A stretch of 64,000 nucleotides of DNA from Alloascoidea hylecoeti. Its lineage: Eukaryota. A model generated the notes under the pieces. The model had not been told where the DNA came from. It searched no databases and saw only the letters and a program-made list of their open reading frames with translations. The position numbers and the translations under genes are program-made. Of the stretch, positions 51,816 through 64,000 are shown piece by piece. The stretch is taken from the NCBI GenBank assembly GCA_001600815.1, contig BCKZ01000011.1:62001-126000 (forward strand), read 5' to 3'. Numbering within the stretch: the stretch's first letter is position 1; every line of letters begins with the position of its first letter.

Positions 51816-54235
51816 TTATGTTAGGGATATAATTATTAGAAGAATAATATGCAAAATAAATAAAATCATTGAGAATGAAAGATTAAAACTTTAGTAATTT
51901 ATGAAAGAAAAAAAAAATGTTAATTTATAAATATTAGATTGATGATTCACTAATATATATAATTTATCACAGAAATAACATACCTTTGAATTTCAAGTCC
52001 AATAGACATTCCAATAATAAGAATCATTAAATTATTCACTTCATGATTTTTAAAAAATATTGTTGATATAAATAACTAAATAATGTTAATGTATATACCA
52101 TTTCATATCATATTATCAAAAAACAAAACAATTGCAATAATAGATTTTAAAAAAACATACCTTAATTAAAACAATGATCAATACTTTTAAATCAATTTTT
52201 GAAATTGTTTTCATTATCCAAAATAAAAACCATCTTTTATTTAAATTTTTTAAATTTATTTTAATCATATTATTTGTAACATTTTTGGGTTCAAATGTTG
52301 TATAAGTTGTTCTTGATGATCTTCTTCTTCTCATACTATTACTTGTAATATTAGTTAAAGAATCATTACCACTTGATCTTCTTCTAATAGGCATATCATT
52401 TATGATAAATCCATCATCATCATCATCAATTACAATTGAATTTGATCTTGATTTATACACATATGGTGTATCCTTTAATTATGAATTAGTATATGAAAAA
52501 TCATCACAAATTAAACAATCAAACTTACTTTAATATCTAATAAATGATCCAATAATTTTAATATATCACTTGCATCAGGTCTTCTTTCAGGTTCAGGATC
52601 AAGCATTTTTTCTAATAATTTAAATATTGAAATTGGTATATCATTTCTTTTAATAAATACACTATTATTATTATTATAATTTGAATCAATATTAAAACCT
52701 TTAAATTCACAAACTTCTTGTCTTAATTTTAAAAAATCAACTCCTGATCCTGATCCTATTGTATTTATTGATTCTTCAGTTATTGATGATGTTGATATTG
52801 AATATGGTAATTTTCCAAATATTAAAAAATGTAATATCATCCCCATTGAAAAAATGTCTGCTTTTGTTGTAAATTCAGATAAATTTCCATCAACTTTTAT
52901 CATAATAGTCATTAGTATTTCAATTTCCATAGAAAAAAAAAAATGAAAAAAAAAACACTTACTCTTTTTAACAACTTCTGGCGCACAATATTCTAAAGTA
53001 CCAGTTGCACCAGTAGCACTTCTTGCCTTTCCAGCAATTTGTCCTTCTCCAAAATCACTAACTAAAACCCTTGGTATATTATTATCATCACCATTATAAT
53101 GATTTATTAATAATACATTTGATGGTTTTAAATCTCTATGAATAATATTATTTTGATGTAATGTTTCAACACCAGAAGTTATATCTTTAAAAAATGATAA
53201 AATTTCTTTAATTGTCAATTTATTATTATTATCATTATTATTTATTGCTGATGATGAAGATATTAAAGGATCTAAATTATTCCTTGATTGTCTTCTTTTA
53301 CGACGTATTTCATTTTTTTTTTCTTCAATTGAAATTTTTTTATTAATTCTTTTAAAAATAAATTCTTCTAATGTACCACCAGAACAATATTCTAATAATA
53401 TAAAAGCACACGGTACTTTTGGGCCATAAGTTGAAACTTTTGAATTTTCTAACCAAACATGATTATAACTAACTAAATTTGGATGTGATAAACCACGAAA
53501 TAAATTAACTTCTGTTAAAACATGTTCTAACCATGTATGATCATCACCAATTGATACTTTTTTTAGAGCAAATAAACCAAGGGATACACCATCTAAAATA
53601 TGTTCAACTTGATAAACTGCTCCTCTTGCTCCACGACCTAATAAACCTTTAGTTACAAAAAATCTAAAAAAAATTGTTAATATAGTATAACCATAGTATC
53701 AACAAAGATTGTCATACTTATCAAAGTAACCTTGAGAAAAAGCAGAATGTGATATCCCAACTGAATTCCCATTATGACCATCAATCAATTCTTTATCCAA
53801 TAATCTAAAATAATTCATATTTATAAAAGTAGGAGTTGTAAAACCATCATTTCCACCATGATTAAATCTTATACCATCTTGATTTTTTGATGTTCCTTCT
53901 TCACCATAAATAAACGGTTTACCACATTTTGAACAATACAACGAATCAACAGTTACCACTTCATGACTATTATTATTATGTGTAATTAATGCATTTGAAA
54001 TTGATTGACGTTGATTATTATTGTTGTAATTAAATGCAATATCATTTATAACGGATAATCTTTTTGATTCGGAATCATAAACAACTAATGCTCCTTTATT
54101 TGTGTCCCTTCTTTTTTTCAATAATAGTTAATAATCTGAAACATTCAAATTTAATAGTATTCAATAGAGTATACTTTTCACATACAAAACAACACGAAGA
54201 TTAGAAGATGAAGAAGAATACGGAATAACCGACAT
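51816..54235 (-). CDS. IKS1: Iks1-type Ser/Thr kinase with C-terminal membrane segments; exons 54235-54186, 54110-53718, 53663-52963, 52893-52529, 52472-52161, 52075-51984, 51888-51816
   Basis: FSQGYFDKFF..LGRGARGAV, FALKK.SIGDDH.WL, NLVSYNHVWLE, GPKVPCAFILLEYCSGG, HRDLKPSN, SDFGEGQ and ATGATGTLEYCAPE are present. The terminal exons are less certain. Confidence 0.85.
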
Positions 54236-54376
54236 CTTTGAAAAAGTTAACTGTGTCATCTCATCGGATAACTCCTCATCTTCTCATAATAGCTGGGGAT
54301 GTTACCCGGACATTTAGTAAGGTAACTGAATAATCCAACTGATCATGAAAAACTCTTTGAGAAAAAAAAATGAAAT

Positions 54377-55966
54377 ATGAATATAATGACACAAAAATTA
54401 AACAAAAAACAATCAAAGAGTAAAAAATGGAAAGAAAAATTAAAGAAGAAAAAATTAAATAATTTTAAAATATTAAAAATTAATAATAATAATATGTCAA
54501 AAGAGTGCAATGGTATTATTGATGAAAAGAAATATGAAATTGTTAAACAAAATTTAACTATAAAACAACATTTTATGAAAGATATTGAAAGATTATTAAA
54601 TAAATCAACAAGTACAAATGGAAATACAGATGAAGATTATTATGAGATATTAAAGGATCCTATGATTATACAAAATTTGAAATGTGTGGATAAAAAAATT
54701 GGTTCAAAGTTTAAATCATCTTATACCATTGGTACTAAACCTGAGTCTGAGATTATTGATCATACTTCAACTAATAATCAACATTCTTTAACGCGGCATG
54801 AAAATGACTTAATATCCTCGGTCATTAACTCAACTGATGATTCTGATATAACTAAAGAACAATTATTAAATCAACAAGTTTCCTTAAAAAGGAAACGTTC
54901 ATTAAATAATTCTAATGATAATGAAGATGAAAATGAACAATTAAAGAAGAAATTACAAACAACACCATGGATTAAAGGTATCTCTCATCATTCACGTTTA
55001 GAAATAACAGATTGGTTAACATATGAAATTAAAAACTTTGTTCATTATATATCACCAACAAAATCTGAAATTGATAACCGTAACGATGCATTTAATAGAG
55101 TTAAAGATTGTATTGAATCATTTTGGAATGATTGTAATGTATTAATGTTTGGTTCATTTACAACAAATTTATACCTTCCTACATCAGATATGGATTTAGT
55201 GGTTATTTCATCAAATAATAATTTAAATGAAAAATATAATAATATACAATTAATTTATTCATTGTCATCATATTTAAAAAAAATTAAAATTTCTTTAAAA
55301 ATTGAAGTTATTAAAAAGGCAAAAATTCCAATTTTAAAATTTAAAGAATTAAAATCAAATTTAAATTTTGATATATCATTTGAAAATAAATCAGGTTTAA
55401 TTACATCAAATACAATTAATAATTGGATTTCTCAAACATCAGGACTTTTTGAAATTACATTATTAATCAAATATTTGATTTCAATTAAAAAATTTAATAT
55501 TGTCAAAGATGGTGGTATTGGTGGATTTTCAATAACTTGTTTAGTTTATTCATTTTTAAAATTACATCCAAAAATTCAAACAAATTCAATTAATATTGAA
55601 AATAATTTAGGTGTTTTATTAATTGAATTTTTAGAATTTTATGGAAATGTTTTTCCATATGAAAAAATTGGAATTAATATTTTAAAAAATGGAAATTGTA
55701 ATTATATTATTAAAAAAAATTCATATATTGAATGTTCAGAGCGTGGATTTCTTATTATTGACCCAAATGATCCAACTAATAATATTAGTAAAGCAACTCA
55801 TGCTGTTGGAAGAATTACAAAAGCTTTTTCAATAGCTTTTAAACGTCTTACTGAAAGATGTTTAGAATTAAATAATGCTACTTATAAAGATAGAATTGGT
55901 GAGTCTATTCTTAGTAGTATTATTAAAATTAAAGGGCAACCAAGAGAATTTGTCATTAATGAATAA
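54377..55966 (+). CDS. PAP2: non-canonical poly(A) polymerase Trf4/Trf5 (529 aa)
   Basis: DWLTYEIKNFV.YISP, FGSFTTNLYLPTSDMDLV, AKIPILKF, GGIGGFS, NLGVLLIEFLEFYG and IDPNDPTNNISK are present. Confidence 0.9.
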   Translation: MNIMTQKLNKKQSKSKKWKEKLKKKKLNNFKILKINNNNMSKECNGIIDEKKYEIVKQNLTIKQHFMKDIERLLNKSTSTNGNTDEDYYEILKDPMIIQNLKCVDKKIGSKFKSSYTIGTKPESEIIDHTSTNNQHSLTRHENDLISSVINSTDDSDITKEQLLNQQVSLKRKRSLNNSNDNEDENEQLKKKLQTTPWIKGISHHSRLEITDWLTYEIKNFVHYISPTKSEIDNRNDAFNRVKDCIESFWNDCNVLMFGSFTTNLYLPTSDMDLVVISSNNNLNEKYNNIQLIYSLSSYLKKIKISLKIEVIKKAKIPILKFKELKSNLNFDISFENKSGLITSNTINNWISQTSGLFEITLLIKYLISIKKFNIVKDGGIGGFSITCLVYSFLKLHPKIQTNSINIENNLGVLLIEFLEFYGNVFPYEKIGINILKNGNCNYIIKKNSYIECSERGFLIIDPNDPTNNISKATHAVGRITKAFSIAFKRLTERCLELNNATYKDRIGESILSSIIKIKGQPREFVINE

Positions 55967-56449
55967 TTGAATTAGCTGCAATTTTTTATAGCACAAGCTT
56001 CGAAATTTGATATTATAAATATGTGAAAATTAAAAAGCTATTCGATATATCATAGAGAATATAAAGTTATATCGTAAATTACTATTAAAAAGCTCCCAAT
56101 TATTACAAATTATCAGTATAGAAATATGCTTTCTAACAATGATAAAACATTTGTTGCATTTACATAAAAACTTGTGGTATAAATTATATTATAAGCTATA
56201 GGTTTCTATGTTTTTTAAGCAATCCCACTCAATCTTTTCACATCTCGAGCTCGGTGACTCGTCTCTACCACAATTGGTAAAAAGTTCCTTCTCTGTTGAA
56301 GCATATACATAAGATGGATTCGAAGAATTACCTTTTGATTTTAATACAACATCAATTTAAAGAAAATCGATAAATATTGGTCCCTGAAAAATTTAAAGAA
56401 AAAGAATTATAATTTATTTGTGATCCGGCTGAAGTATTATTACGATTAT

Positions 56450-57776
56450 ATATTACAATTATGAAAGTATTTCGATTTTATTGATGTTAATGTGTTTTCA
56501 ACAAATCTTAGATTGGAAACTGGAGTTTGAGATTTCAATTCAATTCTGAATTCCAATTTTTAAAATCTTGAAAAGAAACAACTTTGAAAATTTGGAACTA
56601 AATTAGAAGCGATTGAAGGTATTTAATATTTGCACTTTGTTCATATTTGATCACTAGACCCCCTCGATTATATTGCAATGTCCATTGACTCCAGATATTT
56701 TCATTACATCCACGTTTATTAGGTGCAGCTGTGTTAGTGGGCTTCTCACTACCTTCAATGGATCCGGCCATGGGGTCACATTTCTTATCAATAACTTTTC
56801 TGTTTTGGGGTCAATAGTATAAAGTGTTTTAAATTTCATATCCTTATTCGCAGATATATGGGCGTGATCCATTGATACATATTTTTCAGTATCGAAAGAT
56901 AGCTTCAAAGGTATGAGGGGAAGCAACAGCTCAATATGAAGGTATGAAGCCATGAGATCCCTTCAAATATGTATGGCCGCTGGTACATGTTACTGTTCGA
57001 TTAAGTTGTATTTCAAACTTACTAAAGATGTATTTACAAACTTTTTTTCGATAATCGCTGCAATAGAATAAGTGACATGAATATCAAACTAAGGATTAGT
57101 GTAAGGATATCTGTTCCTAAATTATTGGTAAAGATTCCTTGTTGACCTCTAAAGATACGACACAAAGCGCGCTGCGTTAGTATAGGTACTTTGTATTTCA
57201 ATTGCTCAGCTGGAATACTCCTTGTTTCTCGATGTCCCACAGGCCTATAATATAAATTAGTCTCCGTGGAATCACGGGAATCATTATTATAAGACAAATA
57301 TGGGGGTGGGATAATCATGAACACAAGGAGGCAGACGGTTACGGAGCAAGTTATCTTTGCATTTGTATCCTGATACCCTTTCAGGAATATAGAAGCTAAA
57401 AGATATAATATACTTCGTACTAACTAAAGCTATATTGTCTTCGGGGTCTGTTGCTGTATCTGGGAATGTATCATCGAAGTTGTGGAATAATATACCATCG
57501 AGTCCTTCCGTTTTGCCGACAAGTCCTTTTATACCTAGTAAAAAATTATTATAAGAAAAAGTGGCTTCGGGTAATAGGGTAAATAATATCATCTTTTTTG
57601 AATATAAAATGGTTTTTCATTTTCGATGCAGACGATGAGCTTTGCTTTTATTTGTTCTTTGTTGCATTGTAAGATATAATGACACCAAGGATTACTAATT
57701 TTTTCCCACTCCAACAGTTCCTTACTCCAACAGTTCCTTACTCCAACAGTTCTTTGTTCTCAGGAATGTCATCCAT
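56450..57776 (-). pseudogene. Bul1-like alpha-arrestin pseudogene, copy 2
   Basis: Fragments homologous to copy 1 (SFSFYIPE..CKDN..NRLPP; MKFKTLYTIDPKT..L; IPSIASNLVPNFQSCFFSRF) with stops, frameshifts and a deletion. Confidence 0.68.
57708..57752. repeat. 16-bp tandem repeat (ACTCCAACAGTTCCTT) x~3
   Basis: Read directly; it disrupts the 5' end of Bul1-like copy 2. Confidence 0.88.
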
Positions 57777-57867
57777 GATAAGATATTGTAGAAAATTTGA
57801 CCGTTTTAAAAGAGTTATAGTTGACACTGAAACATATAAAACTATATTTTTTACCTATATGTCAGGT

Positions 57868-58072
57868 TGGGAGCAACTCATCAGCTTAGAAACATTTTTT
57901 ACTGCCACTTTTGGACGCTGCAGCATTGAGAAATTACATCGTTATGAATAGAATAGAAGTATTCCAGCGTGAAAAGAGAGCTCAATATTTTCCCACCTTT
58001 GAGGAACGTTTATCAGTTAAAATTAATCTGATAGTTGTAGAGAATCACAATAACTTGTATCTGTGCACTAAG
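57868..58072. repeat. second copy of the ~200-bp block upstream of Bul1-like genes
   Basis: Colinear with 27198-27410. Confidence 0.8.
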
Positions 58073-58584
58073 TATGCGTTAAGGAAAAGGTTGCATATAA
58101 ACTTCAACATTTCATTTAGAAAAATTTCATGTAAAATTAGATAAGAAAAATACATCTGAATAGAATAGGTATAATATTGATGTAGAAAAAGTTTTATTTA
58201 ATAGTTTTAGAGCCTTTCAAGTATGATATTTTCAAGTTTTTTCCAGTTTTATATATTAAAAATATATTGATAGTTAGTTGCAACATAAGATATATAAGTT
58301 ATACGTTGTAGATTTAAGATCTCACACGACACTAGGGAATTCTTTTACCCGTCAGGTCACCCGCTACTAATTGGTCCACCAAAAATATACATATTATCAG
58401 CTATTAAACTTTATGGAAAATGCAACACTATAGACTAGTATAGGATAGTATCCTGTAGGGACTTGCTCTGTTCTGTTTTGATTATTACTCGCTAAGCAGG
58501 CATACAGCTACTTGGTTTGGGTACTTGTGGGAAACCCTTTCCACAAAATTATGAGCTTAGATTATTAGTACTGAACTGTAATTA

Positions 58585-58795
58585 TTAGAAAAGAAGGAGT
58601 ACCGTTCCTATTTACTATTCTTAGAAGAGACTTTAAGCTTTGAATAGACTCCCGAAGGTTCTATACTCAACAAGTATAACGCTCATATTCCTAAACCTTG
58701 AATCAAGAGGAGATGGTTTGGTGACAAAGAGTAAAGGGTATGGGCGTGACTCCGGTATTAACTGGAACTAATCCGATTGAGCCCATATGGGTGAT
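58585..58795 (+). mobile_element. Tc1-type transposase relic, same family as 34560-35040
   Basis: It shares AAGCTTTG.ATAGACTCCCGAAGGTTC, GTGACAA.GAG and AATCC.ATTGAGC.CATATGG (NPIExIW) with the minus strand at ~34.7 kb. Confidence 0.78.
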
Positions 58796-59419
58796 TATTC
58801 ATAAATATCTACTAATATTGATTAACTAACATCATAAGTTAATGGTGATATCTTATACAATTTCATCTTTTCTTCAGTAATTGATTTATATTAACAGAGA
58901 AGTCTCAATTGAAAAATTTTCTGAATATTATTACGAATAATCCTATAAAATTTTATATTCTAACAAAATTTTTAATTGATATTTCTAATAAAATTAAAAC
59001 ACCACCAAATTAAAGGATATAAATTTTTATAGAATTACAGCCTATAATAATTACCTAATCAATCAAACTCATAATCAGTGTTTAGTTCAAACCCCAATTC
59101 AGATCCATTTATGTCTTTTTAACATTTTAATAAATATCATCATTATGTGTGGCATTGATAAACCTCAGATTTAACAAAAATATACCATCAGATCTGTAGA
59201 TACCAGACGGTACTAGGATTCAGGACACAACATAATTGATATTTTCAACCATCATTTTCTTAACCAAAAACTAATATAAATTAAATTTAATACTATCACT
59301 AAAATCTATTTAATCTGGTACCCATCTTGGAGTTACTATGAAGGGGAAAAGCGATTTGTGTCCTCTACTCAAAAGAAGTTTGCTCAAATTAAATTCCCGA
59401 GAGGTGAGCTCATCTCCAA

Positions 59420-59549
59420 TGGTTCCAGAACTGCTCCACTCATTATTTTATTAGACGGGCATTCTAGTCATATCTCATTTAGACTAGTTATGGAATGTAT
59501 TAAATATGATACTCGACTCTTTATATTGCCTGCGCACACCAGCCAATAA
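59420..59549 (+). mobile_element. pogo/Fot1-type (DDE_1) transposase relic
   Basis: LIILLDGHSSHIS..LV.EC......LFILPAHTSQ is a near-consensus DDE_1 motif. Confidence 0.8.
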
Positions 59550-59650
59550 GATCTTAAAATTATAATATGCTTATAATATGCTTATAATCAATACCAAATA
59601 TAAATATAAATGAATAATGACCATTATAACGTAATATTAATAATTACCAA

Positions 59651-59704
59651 TTACTAATTACAATACATAGTACTGATTACTGATTACTGATTAGTAATTA
59701 CTAA
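59651..59704. promoter_or_regulatory. cluster of three Yap1-type elements TTA(C/G)TAA upstream of ZTA1
   Basis: TTACTAA at 59651, TTAGTAA at 59691 and TTACTAA at 59698. The AT-rich background weakens significance. Confidence 0.4.
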
Positions 59705-59802
59705 TTATAAAAACCCGACGTTCTCCTTTTTCGTCAGAATGCATCGAATTATTTTCTAAATTCATATTATTCATTAGTACTAGTACTAAAATTGAAATTA
59801 TA

Positions 59803-60798
59803 ATGTTATTACCAACAACTCAAAAGGCAATTGTCATTCATGAAAATGGAGGTCCTGAAATTTTAAAATATGAAGATATTCCACTTCCTAAAATCAAAGA
59901 TTCAGAAATCCTTATTAAAAACAAATACTCTGGTATTAATTTTGTAGAATCATATTTTAGAACTGGATTATTTCCAACTAAAAAGCCATACATTTTAGGT
60001 TGTGAAGCATCTGGTGTCATTGTTGAAATTGGTTCACAAGTAACAAACTATAAAATAGGTGATAATGTTGCTTATCTATCAGCATCCACTTTTGCCCAAT
60101 ATACTGCTATTTCAGTTGAAAATGGAAAGATTTTAAAATTACCTAAAGGTATAGATGAGGAAGGATTTAAAATATATGGAAGTGTTTTAATTCAAACATT
60201 AACTGCTTTAACTTTGATCACTGAATCTTATAATGTTTTAAAAGATGATTATATCTTGGTCCATGCTGCTGCTGGTGGAGTCGGTTTAATATTAGATCAA
60301 TTAATTTCGTTACGTGGTGCTCATGTAATCGGAACAGTTTCAACACTAGAAAAGGCAAAATTGGCAAAGGAAAATGGAGCTGAATATATTATAAATTATA
60401 CAAATGAAGATACAGTTTCAAAAGTTTTAGAATTGACAAATGGAAACGGAGTAGCTGCTGTTTTCGATGGTGTTGGTAAAACAACATTTGATATTTCTTT
60501 AGAATCTGTTGCTAGGAAAGGAACAGTTATTAGTTTTGGTAATTCAAGTGGTGCTGTTGAACCATTTTCTCTTTTTAAATTAACTAAAAATATAAAACTT
60601 TTAAAACCTGGAGTTTTTAGTTATATTGTTACAAAAGAAGAATGGAATCAATATTCTCAAGAATTAAATAAATTAATTGTTGAAAAGACATTAAAGTTTG
60701 ATATCAAAGTTTTTGAATTGAAAGATTATAGAACTGCAACTGAATTGTTGGAAGGTAGGAAAACATCTGGTAAATTGACTCTTAAAATTCCTCAATAA
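59803..60798 (+). CDS. ZTA1: NADPH:quinone reductase, zeta-crystallin family (331 aa)
   Basis: GGPEILKYED, GINFVESYFRTG, LVHAAAGGVG, FDGVGKTTF, SFGNSSG and LEGRKTSGKL motifs are present. Confidence 0.92.
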   Translation: MLLPTTQKAIVIHENGGPEILKYEDIPLPKIKDSEILIKNKYSGINFVESYFRTGLFPTKKPYILGCEASGVIVEIGSQVTNYKIGDNVAYLSASTFAQYTAISVENGKILKLPKGIDEEGFKIYGSVLIQTLTALTLITESYNVLKDDYILVHAAAGGVGLILDQLISLRGAHVIGTVSTLEKAKLAKENGAEYIINYTNEDTVSKVLELTNGNGVAAVFDGVGKTTFDISLESVARKGTVISFGNSSGAVEPFSLFKLTKNIKLLKPGVFSYIVTKEEWNQYSQELNKLIVEKTLKFDIKVFELKDYRTATELLEGRKTSGKLTLKIPQ

Positions 60799-61659
60799 AG
60801 TTCATCTCTTTACGGAATCAAATTAAGGTATGTCGCAAAATGTACATTTTACATAAAAGATGTGAACATTTGTGTCTGGAAAGCTTTACCTGTTGCTATA
60901 AAGCTTGCAATACCACTTTTTTCAATACGCGCATGAGGATTGCAAGTTATAACAATATTCATAATATAACTTATATTAATTTTTCAATGTAATCACGATT
61001 TAAATATTATTATTAAACTTATGTAACATCATAATTAGATTTTCCCCATATACTATAAACTACCATTGTTATTTACATCTATATATTAAGTTTTCATGGT
61101 AAAATTTAGTATAATATACACTTTGAAATTTTATGATGTTGATTAATAAATAGGTTAATAAGACTATTTAAATTAAAAACATTTAACTTATATATATTTC
61201 CTATTATGATTCAAAGAGATTTATTTGGTGGCTAGAAGATTTTGATTTAAGAAATAAATACAATGATAATAGGACCTATAAATGATAGTAGATTTAACAA
61301 ATATAAAACCATTTGCAACCAACTTTTTTTTAAGTAACTTTATACTTAAGTTTGCTCAACTTCAGATTAAAGATGATTCCATAATCATTTATAACCAATA
61401 ATCATCATGGATATACCGGTACCCGCTGACCTTGGCTAGGGTTAGGTACCGGTGATTATTCCTCTCACTTGTGACTCCTATTCAACTGCATATTTTTGTA
61501 AATGATTCTAGTCTATATATCATCATATATTGCATCTAAGAATGCTCACAAGAAACCAACAATCAATATATTTCTAATGTATAAAACTGGAAAATTTAAA
61601 ACATTCATACTTGTAACACTCTAAAATATTAAGTTAAATTTGTCTTAATCAAAATCATA

Positions 61660-62232
61660 CTTTTTCCAATCGTTGGTGATTACATTACTTTTCCCTTGAA
61701 GTTCATCTACACCCCAACAACAATTGATGGAGTACTGCAGCCTCCACCACTTATTACTGCGTTAGAACCATATTTAAAAATTCATAATATTATTGTTACT
61801 GCAAGGTCTTTGTACCAAATATTTAAGAACTCAAGAGAATACTCTCTAGTTGATCAGAACCGGGATATATTAAAGAATATTATTGATGAGAAATGTTACT
61901 CTACAGTCGGATGCTCGAACTCTGGTGGTTACGATATGTCAACTTNCTCGGCTGGTAGGCGTGGATGTGAACTTGGAAATGATAAACTATGGAGTCAATG
62001 GACACAATATGATTTGGAAAGTCAAGAAACTAAATATGAACGAACTATAAATATTAAAATACCTTCAATCACTTCCAACTTATCACCAAATTTTCAATCT
62101 TGCTACTTTTCAAGATTTTACGAATTGGAATTTAAAATTGAATTGAGATCTCAAACTCCTTTCCCCAAAGTAAGCATCATTGAAGAAACTTATAGTTTAC
62201 AACATGCTATAAGCTATATTGTGTATATGTAA
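61660..62232 (+). pseudogene. Bul1-like C-terminal fragment, copy 3
   Basis: FPLKFIYTP.TIDGV..PPPLIT and IKIPSITSNLSPNFQSCYFSRFYELEF are present. No ATG or N-terminal half was found upstream. Confidence 0.65.
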
Positions 62233-63349
62233 CAAAATGTGAAATAACTAGTATACGTCATATTTGATGTATTGATGATAATTGTAATTTACGATATAAC
62301 TTTATATTATCTATTATATATTGATAAGCTTCTTGATTTTCACAAATGTATGAATCAAAGTTCAAAGTTTGTGTTAATGACAGCTGATTCAATAGTCCGA
62401 TTTAGATTGATAATACATAACAGATATTATTGGTTATGTTTTAATTTTAATAATATTCCCAATAACAGACTCCACTACTATATTTCTAAATATTACTATT
62501 TGATTCTAAATATAAAAAGACGATTAAAAGTCATATAAAATGCTTTTGTGATTTTTCCAACGTTAACATCGTTTGTTATATATAAACATGTATGGAATAT
62601 TTAAATGAGAGGTTATACTTAACTTATATATCGAAACCAATCTATTATTATACTTCAATATATATCCTCTACTTTTCTTAATTTATTTACTTTATTAACA
62701 TGTTTGATACAGAAATGACAGAAGTTAACAGTACTATTTACTCTCAGGTGATAAGCAATTCACATATATCATGTTAATGATATAGGTATAATATATCAAA
62801 TCGGAAATATATTACTATAATGAATAAAAGAAGCACAAATGAATATAGATAAACAAATTGTGGGTTAGATGAAGCAATGTGGGTTAGGAATAGTAAGTTA
62901 AATATAAAATTAAATATATTACTAATAAAATATTAAAGCTTCTGATAATTCCTAATAAATTATATATATATAAGCCATCTTTTGTATAATGGAAGATGAA
63001 GGGAGAAAAAAATAAAGTTATGAATATATTAAGTTAAATAGGCAAAACCTAATTTCTTTTATACTAGAGGTTTTTAATTTGATAGTAAGTACTGAATAAC
63101 CTTTTTTTTCTAAAGAAATTACTATCAAGGAAGAAAATTCCAAATCCTGGAAGAATAAAATAACTTTTTAGATATAATGTTCGAATAAAAAGTTATAATC
63201 ATGACCAATGAGCTCCATAGACCAACTGACAAGTCTTTATAAATCCCATTTTCTTTTCCTAGAACTTCATTGACTTGTGTTTCATATATCTTATTTAATA
63301 TATAGCCCTCTACACATGAAGAGAGACCCTTCATTACGAACTATGGGAC

Positions 63350-63795
63350 ATGGACCTCATCCAGGGAAATAATTACAATATTAATTCCAATTGCAATGCT
63401 TCAGGTGTTCCTGATAACTCAATCGAACACCTGGATATTTCTGATTTGAACGCGTTCAGAACTCAAACCCCAACTCCAAATCTTGNNNNNNNNNNNNNNN
63501 NNNNNNNNNNNNNNNNNNNNNNNNNNNNNNNNNNNNNNNNNNNNNNNNNNNNNNNNNNNNNNNNNNNNNNNNNNNNNNNNNNNNNCAAGAAACTAAATAT
63601 GAACGAACTATAAATATTAAAATACCTTCAATCACTTCCAACTTATCACCAAATTTTCAATCTTGCTACTTTTCAAGATTTTACGAATTGGAATTTAAAA
63701 TTGAATTGAGATCTCAAACTCCTTTCCCCAAAGTAAGCATCATTGAAGAAACTTATAGTTTACAACATGCTATAAGCTATATTGTGTATATGTAA
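63350..63795 (+). CDS. possible Bul1-like gene spanning the assembly gap, copy 4
   Basis: An ATG-initiated ORF runs into the gap, and the sequence after the gap encodes the same Bul1-like C-terminus as copy 3. Continuity across the gap is unproven. Confidence 0.35.
63486..63585. other. assembly gap (100 N)
   Basis: Run of N. Confidence 1.
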
Positions 63796-64000
63796 CAAAA
63801 TGTGAAATAACTAGTATACGTCATATTTGATGTATTGATGATAATTGTAATTTACGATATAACTTTATATTATCTATTATATATTGATAAGCTTCTTGAT
63901 TTTCACAAATGTATGAATCAAAGTTCAAAGTTTGTGTTAATGACAGCTGATTCAATAGTCCGATTTAGATTGATAATACATAACAGATATTATTGGTTAT
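63586..64000 (+). repeat. exact direct copy of 62023-62437
   Basis: Identical by eye over 415 bp, offset 1563. Confidence 0.95.

Noticed and set aside
57708..57752. Short direct repeats (also 7924-7964 and 40756-40804) as a CRISPR-like array
   Set aside because: They are head-to-tail or nearly so, without unique spacers; the context is eukaryotic and there are no cas genes.
58333..58366. TAGGG..TACCCG..ACCCG as a hAT terminus
   Set aside because: No partner TIR or 8-bp TSD was found.

Overview
Eukaryotic, very AT-rich fungal DNA, most consistent with an intron-rich budding yeast (Saccharomycotina); no prokaryotic features or CRISPR arrays are present. Compact clusters of housekeeping genes (SLC1, HIRIP3-like, PEX11, tRNA-Arg(ACG), SPC105, RTT10, RTC6, TCO89-like, AHP1/Prx5, SSH1, TAE1, RIF1, a Rab5 GTPase, IKS1, TRF4/PAP2, ZTA1; 21 introns reconstructed by hand) alternate with gene-poor tracts. 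Those tracts hold relics of Ty1/copia, L1-like LINE, Tc1 and pogo/Fot1 elements, an 18S rDNA fragment, a SPC105 pseudogene and up to four Bul1-like arrestin copies. Three structures stand out. (1) A 1786-bp copia derivative (22786-24571) has two INVERTED 3' LTR ends within 359-bp identical arms, yet is flanked by a perfect 5-bp TSD, suggesting an integrated copy-back cDNA. (2) A family of 51-93-bp TG..CA mini-elements occurs three times, each with its own 5-bp TSD. (3) A LINE shows twin-priming-like inversion. All family assignments come from recognising motifs by eye, not from database searches.
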